Of a DNA stretch of 33,651 nt, positions 9,535 to 18,331 are shown piece after piece; position 1 is the first letter of the stretch; the number at the start of each line of letters is the position of its first letter. Source of the stretch: Candidatus Altarchaeum sp. (GTDB taxonomy: Archaea; Altiarchaeota; Altiarchaeia; Altiarchaeales; Altiarchaeaceae); assembly GCA_018260615.1 (NCBI GenBank), contig JAGWDQ010000101.1:1-33651 (forward strand), given 5' to 3'. The notes under the pieces were generated by a model, which saw only the letters and a program-made list of their open reading frames with translations, had not been told where the DNA came from and did no database searches. Position numbers and translations under genes: made by a program.

Positions 9535-10659
9535 TTATTGTTCGTCTTCATCATCATCCTGGTAATTAAATTCTACTTTGCTCTGTAAAATAATCTCGTC
9601 AAGAATATTTTTTAAATAACCTTGCTTTACCGCGACAATAAAACATTTATGAAGACGGGGAATATTTATTATTTCTTCAATACACTGCATGTAACGATCA
9701 ACAACGGCTTTGACTGAATATAGGCGGATAGCGTTGTTTCGTATGCCTTCAACTAAATTTTTCTCAGAATCTTCCGATTTAACAACAAATGCAATAGGAT
9801 ATCTGTGGATTTTATCAATATCAAGAAAATACTTTTTTACATCCAGTGTTTCGGTTACCTGAAAAAATCGTCCGAGCGGCTTCATGACAAAATCAATACC
9901 TCCGTCGTTTGCATTTGTTCTTCCTGTTTTGTAAAGAGTTAAATTTTCTTTTTGTAGTTTATTAATTTTGAATCCCCAGTATATTTTTTGATTGTGATAG
10001 TAATATTTCAAAATAGAGTAGCTAACGATTTCAAATAATCTTGCGTCTACATTTGGTGCAAGTAATCCGAGGATAAAATTTTCAACATCCTTAGGATTTT
10101 TACTTTGTATTTCCTGTAATTCAAGACAAGTTTGAACAAATTGCTCAAACGCTGCCTTTTTTGTTTTCGCGTATTCTCCTATTATTTCAATTATCGCTTT
10201 CGCAATATTGTATGTTTTACCGGCGACTTTGATTTTTATTAAATTTTCGTTAATCCAGTATTTGTTTGTCTCCAGGTTTCTTAAAATCGGAGTATATTCG
10301 GAACTCGGAAAAAATTTCTGAAATTCAGAATTCATCCGATTATTAAGTGAGTGGTTTTGCAACCTGGCACCAAAAGGTAATTTTCTTTGCCTCTTGAATA
10401 ACCTGATAAACTCAGCCCCTTTATATTTGGAATAGCTGCCTTTTTTGTCAAAACCTTTTGCTAAATAATCTTCGACAACTACATAGATTGCGTATAAGTT
10501 AGCAAAACTTCCGCGAGCTTTTGCTCCTTTATTTGCAGATTTTGTCTTAATGTTTATGTACTGTAAAATCTGACTTCTATCAAAAACATCAGCACTGGCA
10601 TTGGCAAAGTGTTTTTGTAAAATTTCTTTAATAGTGATTGTAAATTGGTGTTCCTTGAT
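9535..10659 (-). CDS. type II restriction endonuclease, AvaIII/NsiI-like by inference; expected start codon reads ATC
   Basis: The frame is open 99 codons upstream of the tracked start at 10362, back to ATC at 10659-10657 overlapping the MTase stop (TAATC instead of TAATG). GRTNANDGGIDFVMKPLGRFFQVTE is a PD-(D/E)xK-like motif. Adjacent to an MTase. Confidence 0.75.
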   Translation of the reverse strand: MKEHQFTITIKEILQKHFANASADVFDRSQILQYINIKTKSANKGAKARGSFANLYAIYVVVEDYLAKGFDKKGSYSKYKGAEFIRLFKRQRKLPFGARLQNHSLNNRMNSEFQKFFPSSEYTPILRNLETNKYWINENLIKIKVAGKTYNIAKAIIEIIGEYAKTKKAAFEQFVQTCLELQEIQSKNPKDVENFILGLLAPNVDARLFEIVSYSILKYYYHNQKIYWGFKINKLQKENLTLYKTGRTNANDGGIDFVMKPLGRFFQVTETLDVKKYFLDIDKIHRYPIAFVVKSEDSEKNLVEGIRNNAIRLYSVKAVVDRYMQCIEEIINIPRLHKCFIVAVKQGYLKNILDEIILQSKVEFNYQDDDEDEQ

Positions 10660-11528
10660 TATTGATTAAATAAAGCTAATTTTTCTTGTTGTCCGGCTGA
10701 TTGTTCAAAACTTCTTAGCTCTTTGATCAGTTTTTCCCCATTATATTCTATTTGAAGTTCTAGCCTTCTCAGCCCAATTTTTGCATAATCCTCCTGCAAT
10801 TCAATACCAATCGACCTTCTGTCTAATTGTTTTGCTACGTATGAGGTTGTAAAAGTACCCGAAAATGGATCTAAAACCAAATCACCTTTATTGGAACTTG
10901 CTTTAATTATTCTTTCTAGTAAAGCAATGGGTTTTTGTGTAGGATGATTTTCGTATTCGTACATACGATATCTAACTCTTGGGAATTCCCAAACATTGCC
11001 AGGTACTTTTTCGGAATTATAAACTTGCGGGGGATTTTTTCTGTAATCAATTAGTTTTCTGGTTGCCCCGGTTTTTGCTTCTACTAAAATATCATTTGCA
11101 TTAAAAGTGTAATTATCCTCATCTTTTACACAAAACAAAATCGGTTCATATAAAGAGCCATAATATTTTTTCGCCTGCATGCTAGAACTGTCATAATACC
11201 AAACTATTCTTGAAAGAATTTTTATTCTGTTTCTTAAATAAATATCAAAGAATGGCATGAATTGTGTCGAGGTCATTACATAAAAGCTGCCACTATGTTT
11301 TAATTTTTTTATGCAAAGGTCAAGCCATTTATAGCACCAGTTCAAATACTCCTCGTCTTTATCCCACTTATCTTTGTAACCGTTGAAATTTTTTCCTATG
11401 TTGTAGGGAGGATCAGCAAAAATTAAATCAATAGATCCATTGTCAATTGTATCTAAAGCAACAAAGGTATCACCCACTATGATTTTATGCTCTTTATTTC
11501 CTAAATGTTTTAAGTCGGATATTTCCAT
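10659..11528 (-). CDS. yhdJ: beta-class N6-adenine DNA methyltransferase, YhdJ family
   Basis: FADPPYNIGK (motif IV) precedes HPTQKP and VLDPFSGTFTT (motif I). YDSS..QAKKYYGS.YEPIL and VWEFPRVRYRM are characteristic of YhdJ. Confidence 0.92.
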   Translation of the reverse strand: MEISDLKHLGNKEHKIIVGDTFVALDTIDNGSIDLIFADPPYNIGKNFNGYKDKWDKDEEYLNWCYKWLDLCIKKLKHSGSFYVMTSTQFMPFFDIYLRNRIKILSRIVWYYDSSSMQAKKYYGSLYEPILFCVKDEDNYTFNANDILVEAKTGATRKLIDYRKNPPQVYNSEKVPGNVWEFPRVRYRMYEYENHPTQKPIALLERIIKASSNKGDLVLDPFSGTFTTSYVAKQLDRRSIGIELQEDYAKIGLRRLELQIEYNGEKLIKELRSFEQSAGQQEKLALFNQ

Positions 11529-11921
11529 AATTTTATTTCATTAAATTATCAAATGTAATTTTTAAACCTTTGGCAGTTTTCTGAAATCAATCAAAATAAA
11601 TAGGGAAAGCATGCTTTTGGCTCAAAATGTTCCCATACAACAATGTGCAATTTAAACAAATATAAGCAGTATGATTTTTAAATATAAACCCAAGTTTCCC
11701 ACTCACCCGTAAAAGTTTGAGTGTAATTTTTGTTTTTACGAGTAATTAAATTTTAAAATTACCTGTGAATTTTTTAATAGTGGGAATATAAGTATAAATA
11801 TAAATTTTAATAGAAATAAATTAAATTTCAAAATTATCAAATAACATTTTAAATTCAAAATCCCCACCTCCCGGCAATTAATTTATTGTCAGGAAAGATT
11901 GCACGATTGACCAAGGTAATA

Positions 11922-12001
11922 GCTGCTGATATTGTGCTTTTTCCGACACCGCCTTTTCCGCTGAGCATCAGGACATTATAGTTTGGTTTGGTCATACTCA
12001 T
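11922..12001 (-). pseudogene. truncated copy of the arsA 5' end
   Basis: Encodes MSMTKPNYNVLMLSGKGGVGKSTISAA. 11922-11968 is identical over 47 bp to arsA 9391-9437. Confidence 0.93.
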
Positions 12002-12015
12002 CTATCTTTATTTAA

Positions 12016-13167
12016 TCATTTAATTGTTTTCTCATTATTGGTCTCTTCAAAATTTTCAATTTCATTTTTAATTTCTTCATATCTGAGATGAAGCGTTGCA
12101 TGCGTAGTTTTTACTACCTGAATTATTTCTTTCTTTTTGCATTTTTCTCCAATACGCTCGCACGCCAAAAATATAGCTGCTCCGGCGAATCCTGAAGGAC
12201 CCTTTCCTGAATTAATTCCTGTTTTTTTTACAGCTTTAAGTATTCTTTTCAATTCTTCTTTAGCGGCGTTTGAAATCCCGAGTTTTGAAGCATAGAGAGC
12301 AATATAACCGTCTATATTTGTTTTAGGTGGCCTCAGATTCATAGACCTGATCATATTTTTATAACTCCTACCGATTTCTGCTTTTGATATTCCGCTTTTT
12401 TCTGCAATTTCTTCCAGTGATCTTACTTTGTCCGTACTTCTTGTTACATAATGTATTATTGCACCAATCATACTTTTTATACTTATTCTTATAGCAAATC
12501 TCTTATCTACTGCCTGCCTGTATAAACGGGCACAATCTTCCTTTATTGTTTCCCCTAATTCCAGCAAACTGCACATTCTGTCAAGTTCTGGTAAGGCAGA
12601 TGATAAATTTCTATATGTTGAATCACCCATATTTTTAAATCCGCTTATCCATCTGACATATAAAGAAACAATATGTTTATTGGCAGTTTTCAAAAGTAAT
12701 TCATTCATTACATTTTCCGGAAGTTTATTAAATTTATCTGCAAATACATAAGCAATATCCCAATTAACATTATCCTTTTCAGCAAGTTTTAAAAGCAATT
12801 TATGCCTTACATCATCGTCTATTTTATTAAATTTATTATGTGCAGCCACATGAGCAACTTTTGAAGCAGCAGAGTCATTATCTGCCAATTTAAAAAGCAA
12901 ATTCCTGACATTTTCCGGAAGTTTGTCAAAATTATAAGCAATTGCATAAGCAACTCCTCCGGCAGCAGAGTCGTTTTCTGCTAATCTTAAAAGCAATTCA
13001 TTCCTCACATTTTCAGGAATGGCTTCAAATTTATCTGCAACCACATCGGCAACTTCTTTAACAACATCGTCTTTTTCAGCAAGTTTTAAAAGTTCTTCGT
13101 ATGCTTTATTTTCCAAAAGATACTTAATTTTCTCTAAATTTTTAACTATTATGTTGTTCTGTTTCAT
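12016..13167 (-). CDS. tfb: alpha-helical repeat-TFB core fusion protein (copy B)
   Basis: ~4.5 N-terminal repeats, then RW...YRNLSSALPELDRM, RSLEEIA, EIGRSYK, SGKGPSG, TLHLRYEEI. No CxxC Zn ribbon. Confidence 0.88.
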   Translation of the reverse strand: MKQNNIIVKNLEKIKYLLENKAYEELLKLAEKDDVVKEVADVVADKFEAIPENVRNELLLRLAENDSAAGGVAYAIAYNFDKLPENVRNLLFKLADNDSAASKVAHVAAHNKFNKIDDDVRHKLLLKLAEKDNVNWDIAYVFADKFNKLPENVMNELLLKTANKHIVSLYVRWISGFKNMGDSTYRNLSSALPELDRMCSLLELGETIKEDCARLYRQAVDKRFAIRISIKSMIGAIIHYVTRSTDKVRSLEEIAEKSGISKAEIGRSYKNMIRSMNLRPPKTNIDGYIALYASKLGISNAAKEELKRILKAVKKTGINSGKGPSGFAGAAIFLACERIGEKCKKKEIIQVVKTTHATLHLRYEEIKNEIENFEETNNEKTIK

Positions 13168-13219
13168 TTTGTCTTATTTTCCTTATATTATTATAAAAAA
13201 CAAAAATTTTAAATTTTTA

Positions 13220-13284
13220 ATTGTGCTTTTTCCGACACAGTATTTTCCGCTGAGCATTAAAACATTGTAGTTTGGTTCATTCAT
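13220..13284 (-). pseudogene. second, more decayed copy of the arsA 5' end
   Basis: Encodes MNEPNYNVLMLSGKYCVGKSTI (Walker A GG changed to YC), starting 11 bp after the repeat-protein stop. Confidence 0.88.
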
Positions 13285-13294
13285 TTTTGCTGTT

Positions 13295-15160
13295 TCATAT
13301 TTTCTGTTTCATATAATCATCATAACATTTTTTTATTTGCGGGTTTGAAAGCAGTTCGTTTCTAACATTTTCATGAATGGCTTCAAAATTTTTTGCAACT
13401 ATTGTAGCAACCCAGTAAGCAACAGCAACACTATCTTTTTTGGCAAGATTCAAAAGCAAATCATTTCTTACATTCTCTGATATGACTTTAAAATTTTTTG
13501 CAAGTGCACTGGCAACCCTCCATGCCACATTAAGATATCTGAGTTTTAAAAGCAGTTCATTTCTTACATTCTCAGGAATGGCTTTAAAATTTTCTTCAAC
13601 TGCACGGGCAACATTTTCAGCAGCAACACCTTTTTCAGCAAGCTTTAAAAGCAGCTCATTTCTTACATTTTCAGAAATGGCTTCAAAATTTTCTTCAACT
13701 GCACGGGCAATTGCTTTGGCAGCACTCTCTTTTTCAGCAAGCTTTAAAAGCAGCTCATTCCTTATGTTTTTGGGAAATTGAGCAAAATTATTTATAGCTA
13801 CTTTGGCAATTTCTTCAGCAGCGCGATCTTTTTCAGCAAGCTTTAAAAGCAGTTCATTCCTTATGTTATCGGGAAATTTATTAAATTTATCTGCAACTAT
13901 TTTAGCAATCCTCCAGGCAACACCCTTTTTTTCAGCAAGCTTTAAAAGCAATTCAATATTTACCTCATCGGGAAGTTTATCAAGAACTATTCTAACAGTT
14001 CTCCCGGTAACTCCCCTCTTTTCCGCAAGTTTTAAAATCAACTCTTTTCTTACATCCTCACGAAATTTATCAAAATTATGTTCAAAGACATCAACAATAT
14101 CTCCTGTAGCCCTGTCATTATCGGCAAGTTTTAAAAGTAATTCGTTCCTTACATCATCAGGAAAGGTATCTAATTTATTTACAAATATTTTGACCATCTC
14201 TTCAGCTGCACTCTCTTTTTCAGCAAGTTTTAAAAGCAGTTCATTCCTTATATTTTCAGGAAATTGAGCAAAATTATATGCAACTGTACAGGCAACTCTC
14301 CAGGCAGCACTATCCTTCCCGGCAAGTTTTAAAAGCAGTTCATTCCTTACTTCCCCGGGAAATTTATAAAATTTGTCTGCAAGTACCGGAGCAATTGCTT
14401 TGGCAGCAGAATCTTTGTCTGCTAATTTTAAAGGTAAATTTTGTATATTTTCAGGAAGATCATAAAAATTATCTGCAACCGCGTGAGTAACCCAGTAAAC
14501 GGACTTATCTTTTTCGGCAAGTTTTAAAAGTAATTCGTTCCTTACACTTTCTGAAATGGCTTTAAAATTATCTGCAACCGCGTGAGCAATTCCTTCAGCC
14601 GCCGAATTTTTATCTGCTAATTTTAAAAGTAATTCGTTCCGTATGTTTTCAGGAATGGCTTCAAAATTTTTAGCAATTACATAAGCAACCTCCCGGGCAG
14701 CACTATCATTTTCGGCAAGTTTTAAAAGTAATTCATTCCGTATGTTTTCAGGAATGGCTTCAAAATTTTTAGCAACTGCAAAAGCAACACTTCCGGCACT
14801 GATGTTTTTTTCAGCGAGCTTAAACAGGATGTCCTGCACATTTTCAGGAAGGTTATCAAAATTTTTTGCAATTGCGAAAGCAACACTTTCAGCGGTTGTA
14901 TTTTTTTCAGCAAGTTTAAACAATATATCCTGCACATTTTCCGGAAGGTCATCAAAATTTTTTGCAATTGCATAAGCAACACTTCCCGCAGCAATGTCTT
15001 TTTCTGCAAGTTTTAAAAGCAGGTCATTCCTTGTGTTTTTGGGAATTTGAGCAAAATTATCCGCAATAATCCTCGCTGCCTCTTTTGCTGTATTCCCTTT
15101 CTCAGCAAGCTTTAAAAGCAATTCAACATCTGATCTTTCCGGAAAAATTTCAGAGGCCAC
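13295..15160 (-). CDS. alpha-solenoid tandem-repeat protein (~18 repeats of 32-35 aa)
   Basis: Consensus NFEAIPENVRNELLLKLAEKDSAAxxVAxAVAx, ~99-bp DNA period; GTG start; HEAT/ARM-like amphipathic pattern. Confidence 0.9.
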   Translation of the reverse strand: MASEIFPERSDVELLLKLAEKGNTAKEAARIIADNFAQIPKNTRNDLLLKLAEKDIAAGSVAYAIAKNFDDLPENVQDILFKLAEKNTTAESVAFAIAKNFDNLPENVQDILFKLAEKNISAGSVAFAVAKNFEAIPENIRNELLLKLAENDSAAREVAYVIAKNFEAIPENIRNELLLKLADKNSAAEGIAHAVADNFKAISESVRNELLLKLAEKDKSVYWVTHAVADNFYDLPENIQNLPLKLADKDSAAKAIAPVLADKFYKFPGEVRNELLLKLAGKDSAAWRVACTVAYNFAQFPENIRNELLLKLAEKESAAEEMVKIFVNKLDTFPDDVRNELLLKLADNDRATGDIVDVFEHNFDKFREDVRKELILKLAEKRGVTGRTVRIVLDKLPDEVNIELLLKLAEKKGVAWRIAKIVADKFNKFPDNIRNELLLKLAEKDRAAEEIAKVAINNFAQFPKNIRNELLLKLAEKESAAKAIARAVEENFEAISENVRNELLLKLAEKGVAAENVARAVEENFKAIPENVRNELLLKLRYLNVAWRVASALAKNFKVISENVRNDLLLNLAKKDSVAVAYWVATIVAKNFEAIHENVRNELLSNPQIKKCYDDYMKQKI

Positions 15161-15182
15161 ATTATTATGTTTTATTTTGGTT

Positions 15183-16388
15183 TTATTTTGCCTTCTCTTT
15201 TATTTTACTTTTAATCTCGTCATGTCTGCTATGAAGTGTTGAAATCGTAATTCCCACCAAATCCAATAGTTCTTTCTTTGGAAATTCCTCCCTAATCTGT
15301 TCACATGCCAAACTTATAATTGCTCCCGCAACCCCCGAAGGACCTCTACCTGCAGTAATTCCATATTTCTTTGCTTCATTAAGTATTTTCTGGGCTTCTT
15401 CTTCGGCGGTATTTGAAATCCCAAGTTTTGCAGCATAGAAAGAAATGTAATCCTCAATATTTGTTTTTGGTGGTTTCAGGTTCATGGAATTAAGTACATG
15501 TTTATAACTTCTGCCGATTTCCTTTTTTGATCTTCTGCTTTTCTCTGCAATTTCTTCTAATGTTCTTGGTTCGCCTTTATTTCTTGTTACATAAAATATT
15601 ATTGCACCAATTACACTTTCTATACTTCTTCCTTTAACAAAGCCCTTATCCGTCGCCTCCCTGTATAAGTGAGCACATTCCTCTTTTATTGTTTCTCCAA
15701 TGTCTAACAAACTACACATTCTGTCAAGTTCCGGTAATGCAACGGATAAATTTCTAAATATTGTACTATTTGGATATTTAAGTTCGTTTATCCATTTGAC
15801 ATATAAAGAAACAACATCCTTATTCGGAGTTTTCAAAAGTAATTCATTCCTTATATTTTCCGGAAGTTTATTAAATTTATCTGCAACTACATAAGCAATA
15901 TCCCAATTAACATTGTCTTTTTCAGCAAGTTTTAAAAGCAATTTGTTTCTTACATCCTCATCTATTTTATTAAGTTTATTATGTGCAACCACATGAGCAA
16001 CCTTTGAAGCAGTTGAGTCATTTTCTGCCAATTTAAAAAGCAAATTTCTAATGTTTTCAGGAAGTTTGTCAAAATTATAAGCAATTGCCTTTGCAACTCC
16101 TCCTGCCGCAGAGTCATTTTCTGCCAATTTAAAAAGCAGTTCAGTCCTTACATTTTCAGGAATGGCTTCAAATTTATCTGCAACCACATGAGCAATTGCT
16201 TTGGCAGCACCATCTTTTTCAGCGAATTTTAAAAGCAACTCACTCATTACATTTTCAGGAATATTATCAAAATTTTTTGCAATTGCTTCTGCAAGTTCTT
16301 CAGCAAATATCCCTGCAACATCATCCTTATCAGCAAGTTCTAAAAGCAATTCAACATTTACTCTTTCCGGAAAATTTTCAAATACCAT
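15183..16388 (-). CDS. tfb: alpha-helical repeat-TFB core fusion protein (copy A)
   Basis: ~5.5 repeats, then KW...FRNLSVALPELDRM, KGRSIESV, PRTLEEIA, KKEIGRSYK, TAGRGPSG. No Zn ribbon. Confidence 0.9.
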   Translation of the reverse strand: MVFENFPERVNVELLLELADKDDVAGIFAEELAEAIAKNFDNIPENVMSELLLKFAEKDGAAKAIAHVVADKFEAIPENVRTELLFKLAENDSAAGGVAKAIAYNFDKLPENIRNLLFKLAENDSTASKVAHVVAHNKLNKIDEDVRNKLLLKLAEKDNVNWDIAYVVADKFNKLPENIRNELLLKTPNKDVVSLYVKWINELKYPNSTIFRNLSVALPELDRMCSLLDIGETIKEECAHLYREATDKGFVKGRSIESVIGAIIFYVTRNKGEPRTLEEIAEKSRRSKKEIGRSYKHVLNSMNLKPPKTNIEDYISFYAAKLGISNTAEEEAQKILNEAKKYGITAGRGPSGVAGAIISLACEQIREEFPKKELLDLVGITISTLHSRHDEIKSKIKEKAK

Positions 16389-16488
16389 TTTATTATGTTT
16401 TATTTTATCAGATAAATTTAAAATAAATTTATAAAAAACAAATTAAATTTAAACTTTATCTAATTATCTTTTTAATTCAAAATTTAAA

Positions 16489-17370
16489 ATGAAAAGACCA
16501 ATGCGTTATGCAGGAAGTTTTTATCCGGGAACCGAATATGAATGTAAAAGTATGATTGAAGAAATGAAAAAAGATGCTTATAAACCAAATTTTACAAATT
16601 TTGAAAATGTAGTTGCAGGGATTGTTCCACATGCCGGCTGGGTATTTTCGGGAAAAATTTCGTTCAGCGTATTCAACGCGATAAAAGAACTCAATAAAAA
16701 TGTTGATACCTTTATTTTATTTAGTGCAAATCACAGTGCGTGGATTTCAAAGTCGGCGATAATGAGCAAAGGTGCATGGCAAACACCGTTCGGAGAAATT
16801 TTTGTTGATAACGACATGGCAAATGAAATTCTAAAAGAAGGAAAAATTTATATTGAAGATAATCCTGACGCTCATGCCGATGAACATTCGGCAGAAGTGC
16901 AATTGCCGTTTATAAAATTTTTATTTCCGAAGGCAAAAATCGTTCCCATAATGCCGACAATAAGCAGTGAGGCAGTTAAAATCGGAAAAATTGTAGGAAA
17001 TATTGTAAAAAAGGAAAGAGAAGAAAAACAAAAAAAGCTCGCAATAATCGGGACAAGCGATTTAACGCATTACGGATTAAATTACGGATTTGCTCCGAAG
17101 GGATACGGAAGCGATGCATTGAGATGGGTTAAGGATGTGAATGATAAAAGAATAATTGATTTAATGCTCAATCTTGAAGAAGATAAAATTATAGAAGAAG
17201 CAGATAAAAATATGAATGCCTGCGGTCCGGGTGCAATATCAGCAGCAATTGGAGCGGCAAAAATTTTGGGAAGTAAAACAGGAACGCTAATTAAGCATAC
17301 GACAAGTTATGATATGTTTCCTCAATATGGAATGGAGTCATTTGTGGGGTATGCAGGAATTTTGTTTTAA
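16489..17370 (+). CDS. amrB: AmmeMemoRadiSam system protein B (MEMO1 family)
   Basis: YAGSFYP, IVPHAGWVFSG, ANH, W.TPFG, EHSAEVQLPF, SDLTHYG, NACGPG, VGYA. Confidence 0.95.
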   Translation: MKRPMRYAGSFYPGTEYECKSMIEEMKKDAYKPNFTNFENVVAGIVPHAGWVFSGKISFSVFNAIKELNKNVDTFILFSANHSAWISKSAIMSKGAWQTPFGEIFVDNDMANEILKEGKIYIEDNPDAHADEHSAEVQLPFIKFLFPKAKIVPIMPTISSEAVKIGKIVGNIVKKEREEKQKKLAIIGTSDLTHYGLNYGFAPKGYGSDALRWVKDVNDKRIIDLMLNLEEDKIIEEADKNMNACGPGAISAAIGAAKILGSKTGTLIKHTTSYDMFPQYGMESFVGYAGILF

Positions 17371-17386
17371 AAAAATCAGAAGGATA

Positions 17387-18152
17387 CTCACACAATAACC
17401 TCGCTGTTGCTCGGATATTTTCAAAACCTTTGGGTTTTGAAAAAGCCACAAAGTCACCAAGTTACAGAATATAACTCTTTTGTGTCTTTTTCAAAATCAA
17501 CAGATTTTGAAAATCTCCGAGCATTTCAAACTTGTTTGAAATACACGAACGGAGTGAGCGTAAGAGCGAGGTGACTGTGTCTTGGTGCGATTTTCAAAAA
17601 CGAAGTTTTTGAAAATATAGGAGCGAAGCGAACTTATTTTCAAAACGCAGTTTTCAAATCGCCGAGATTTGAAATACTGAAAATCTGCAAGATTTTCAAT
17701 CTTACAAAATGCAAAGCATTTTGTAAATCTCCGAACGCAGTGAGGTGATTTTAAATTCGCAAAGAATTTAAAATATGAGAGTGAAACGAAATTAAGTTTT
17801 GAAAATATCCAAGCAATATCAAAAATGCTTCAAGCATTTTCAAATCGCCGAGATTTGAAATACTGAAAATCTGCAAGATTTTCAATCTTACAAAATGCAA
17901 AGCATTTTGTAAATCTCCGAACGCAGTGAGGTGATTTTAAATTCGCAAAGAATTTAAAATATGAGAGTGAAACGAAATTAAGTTTTGAAAATATCCAAGC
18001 AATATCAAAAATGCTTCAAGCATTTTCAAATCGCAGAGATTTGAAAATCTCCTAACGATGTGAGGTGATTTTTGAATATCCCAAAAATCTTGTAGACTTC
18101 AAGCATTTTTAGTATTCCAAAAATCTTGAAGGTTTTTACGACAGCGAGGTTA
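17387..18152 (+). repeat. composite hairpin repeat element (backbone plus nested hairpin units)
   Basis: Backbone ctcacacaa|agccacaaagtcac...gtgtct|ctgtgtcttggtgcga interrupted by TTTTCAAA...GAGGT(G/T)A units at 17396-17443 (inverted) and 17488-17574, followed by an array to 18152. Confidence 0.88.
17651..18046 (+). repeat. 186-bp tandem duplication (2 copies plus partial third)
   Basis: 17651-17836 and 17837-18022 read identical; a third start ttttcaaatcgc at 18023. Confidence 0.92.
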
Positions 18153-18331
18153 GGTGCCAAAAATAAAGAACGAACTTTCCTGTACGTTAAAAAATTCGCC
18201 CTTATTTTTAATATACACTCACTTTCCGATTTTAAATAAAATTTCAAACTTCCCACTGCTCCAAAATCTGTTGCGGAGAATTTTAATACAGATAAAAGTA
18301 ATCGCAGATTGAAGAATAAGTGCCAAAAAAT

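Noticed and set aside
12016-16388. Diversity-generating retroelement driving repeat variation
   Set aside because: No reverse transcriptase, and no evident template/variable repeat pair with adenine-restricted mismatches.
13019-16434. Several plus-strand ORFs over the repeat genes
   Set aside because: Antisense shadows with repetitive SFSASFKSSS content.
17387-18152. CRISPR array
   Set aside because: No constant repeat alternating with unique similar-length spacers; units are nested hairpins; no cas genes in the window.
18026-18256. 76-aa minus-strand ORF, and an IS200 TnpA-like 'RFWSSGKF' peptide in another minus-strand frame near 18240-18270
   Set aside because: The ORF runs through repeats. 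The peptide lacks the HUH motif and the downstream catalytic Tyr helix; the match is too short to support.
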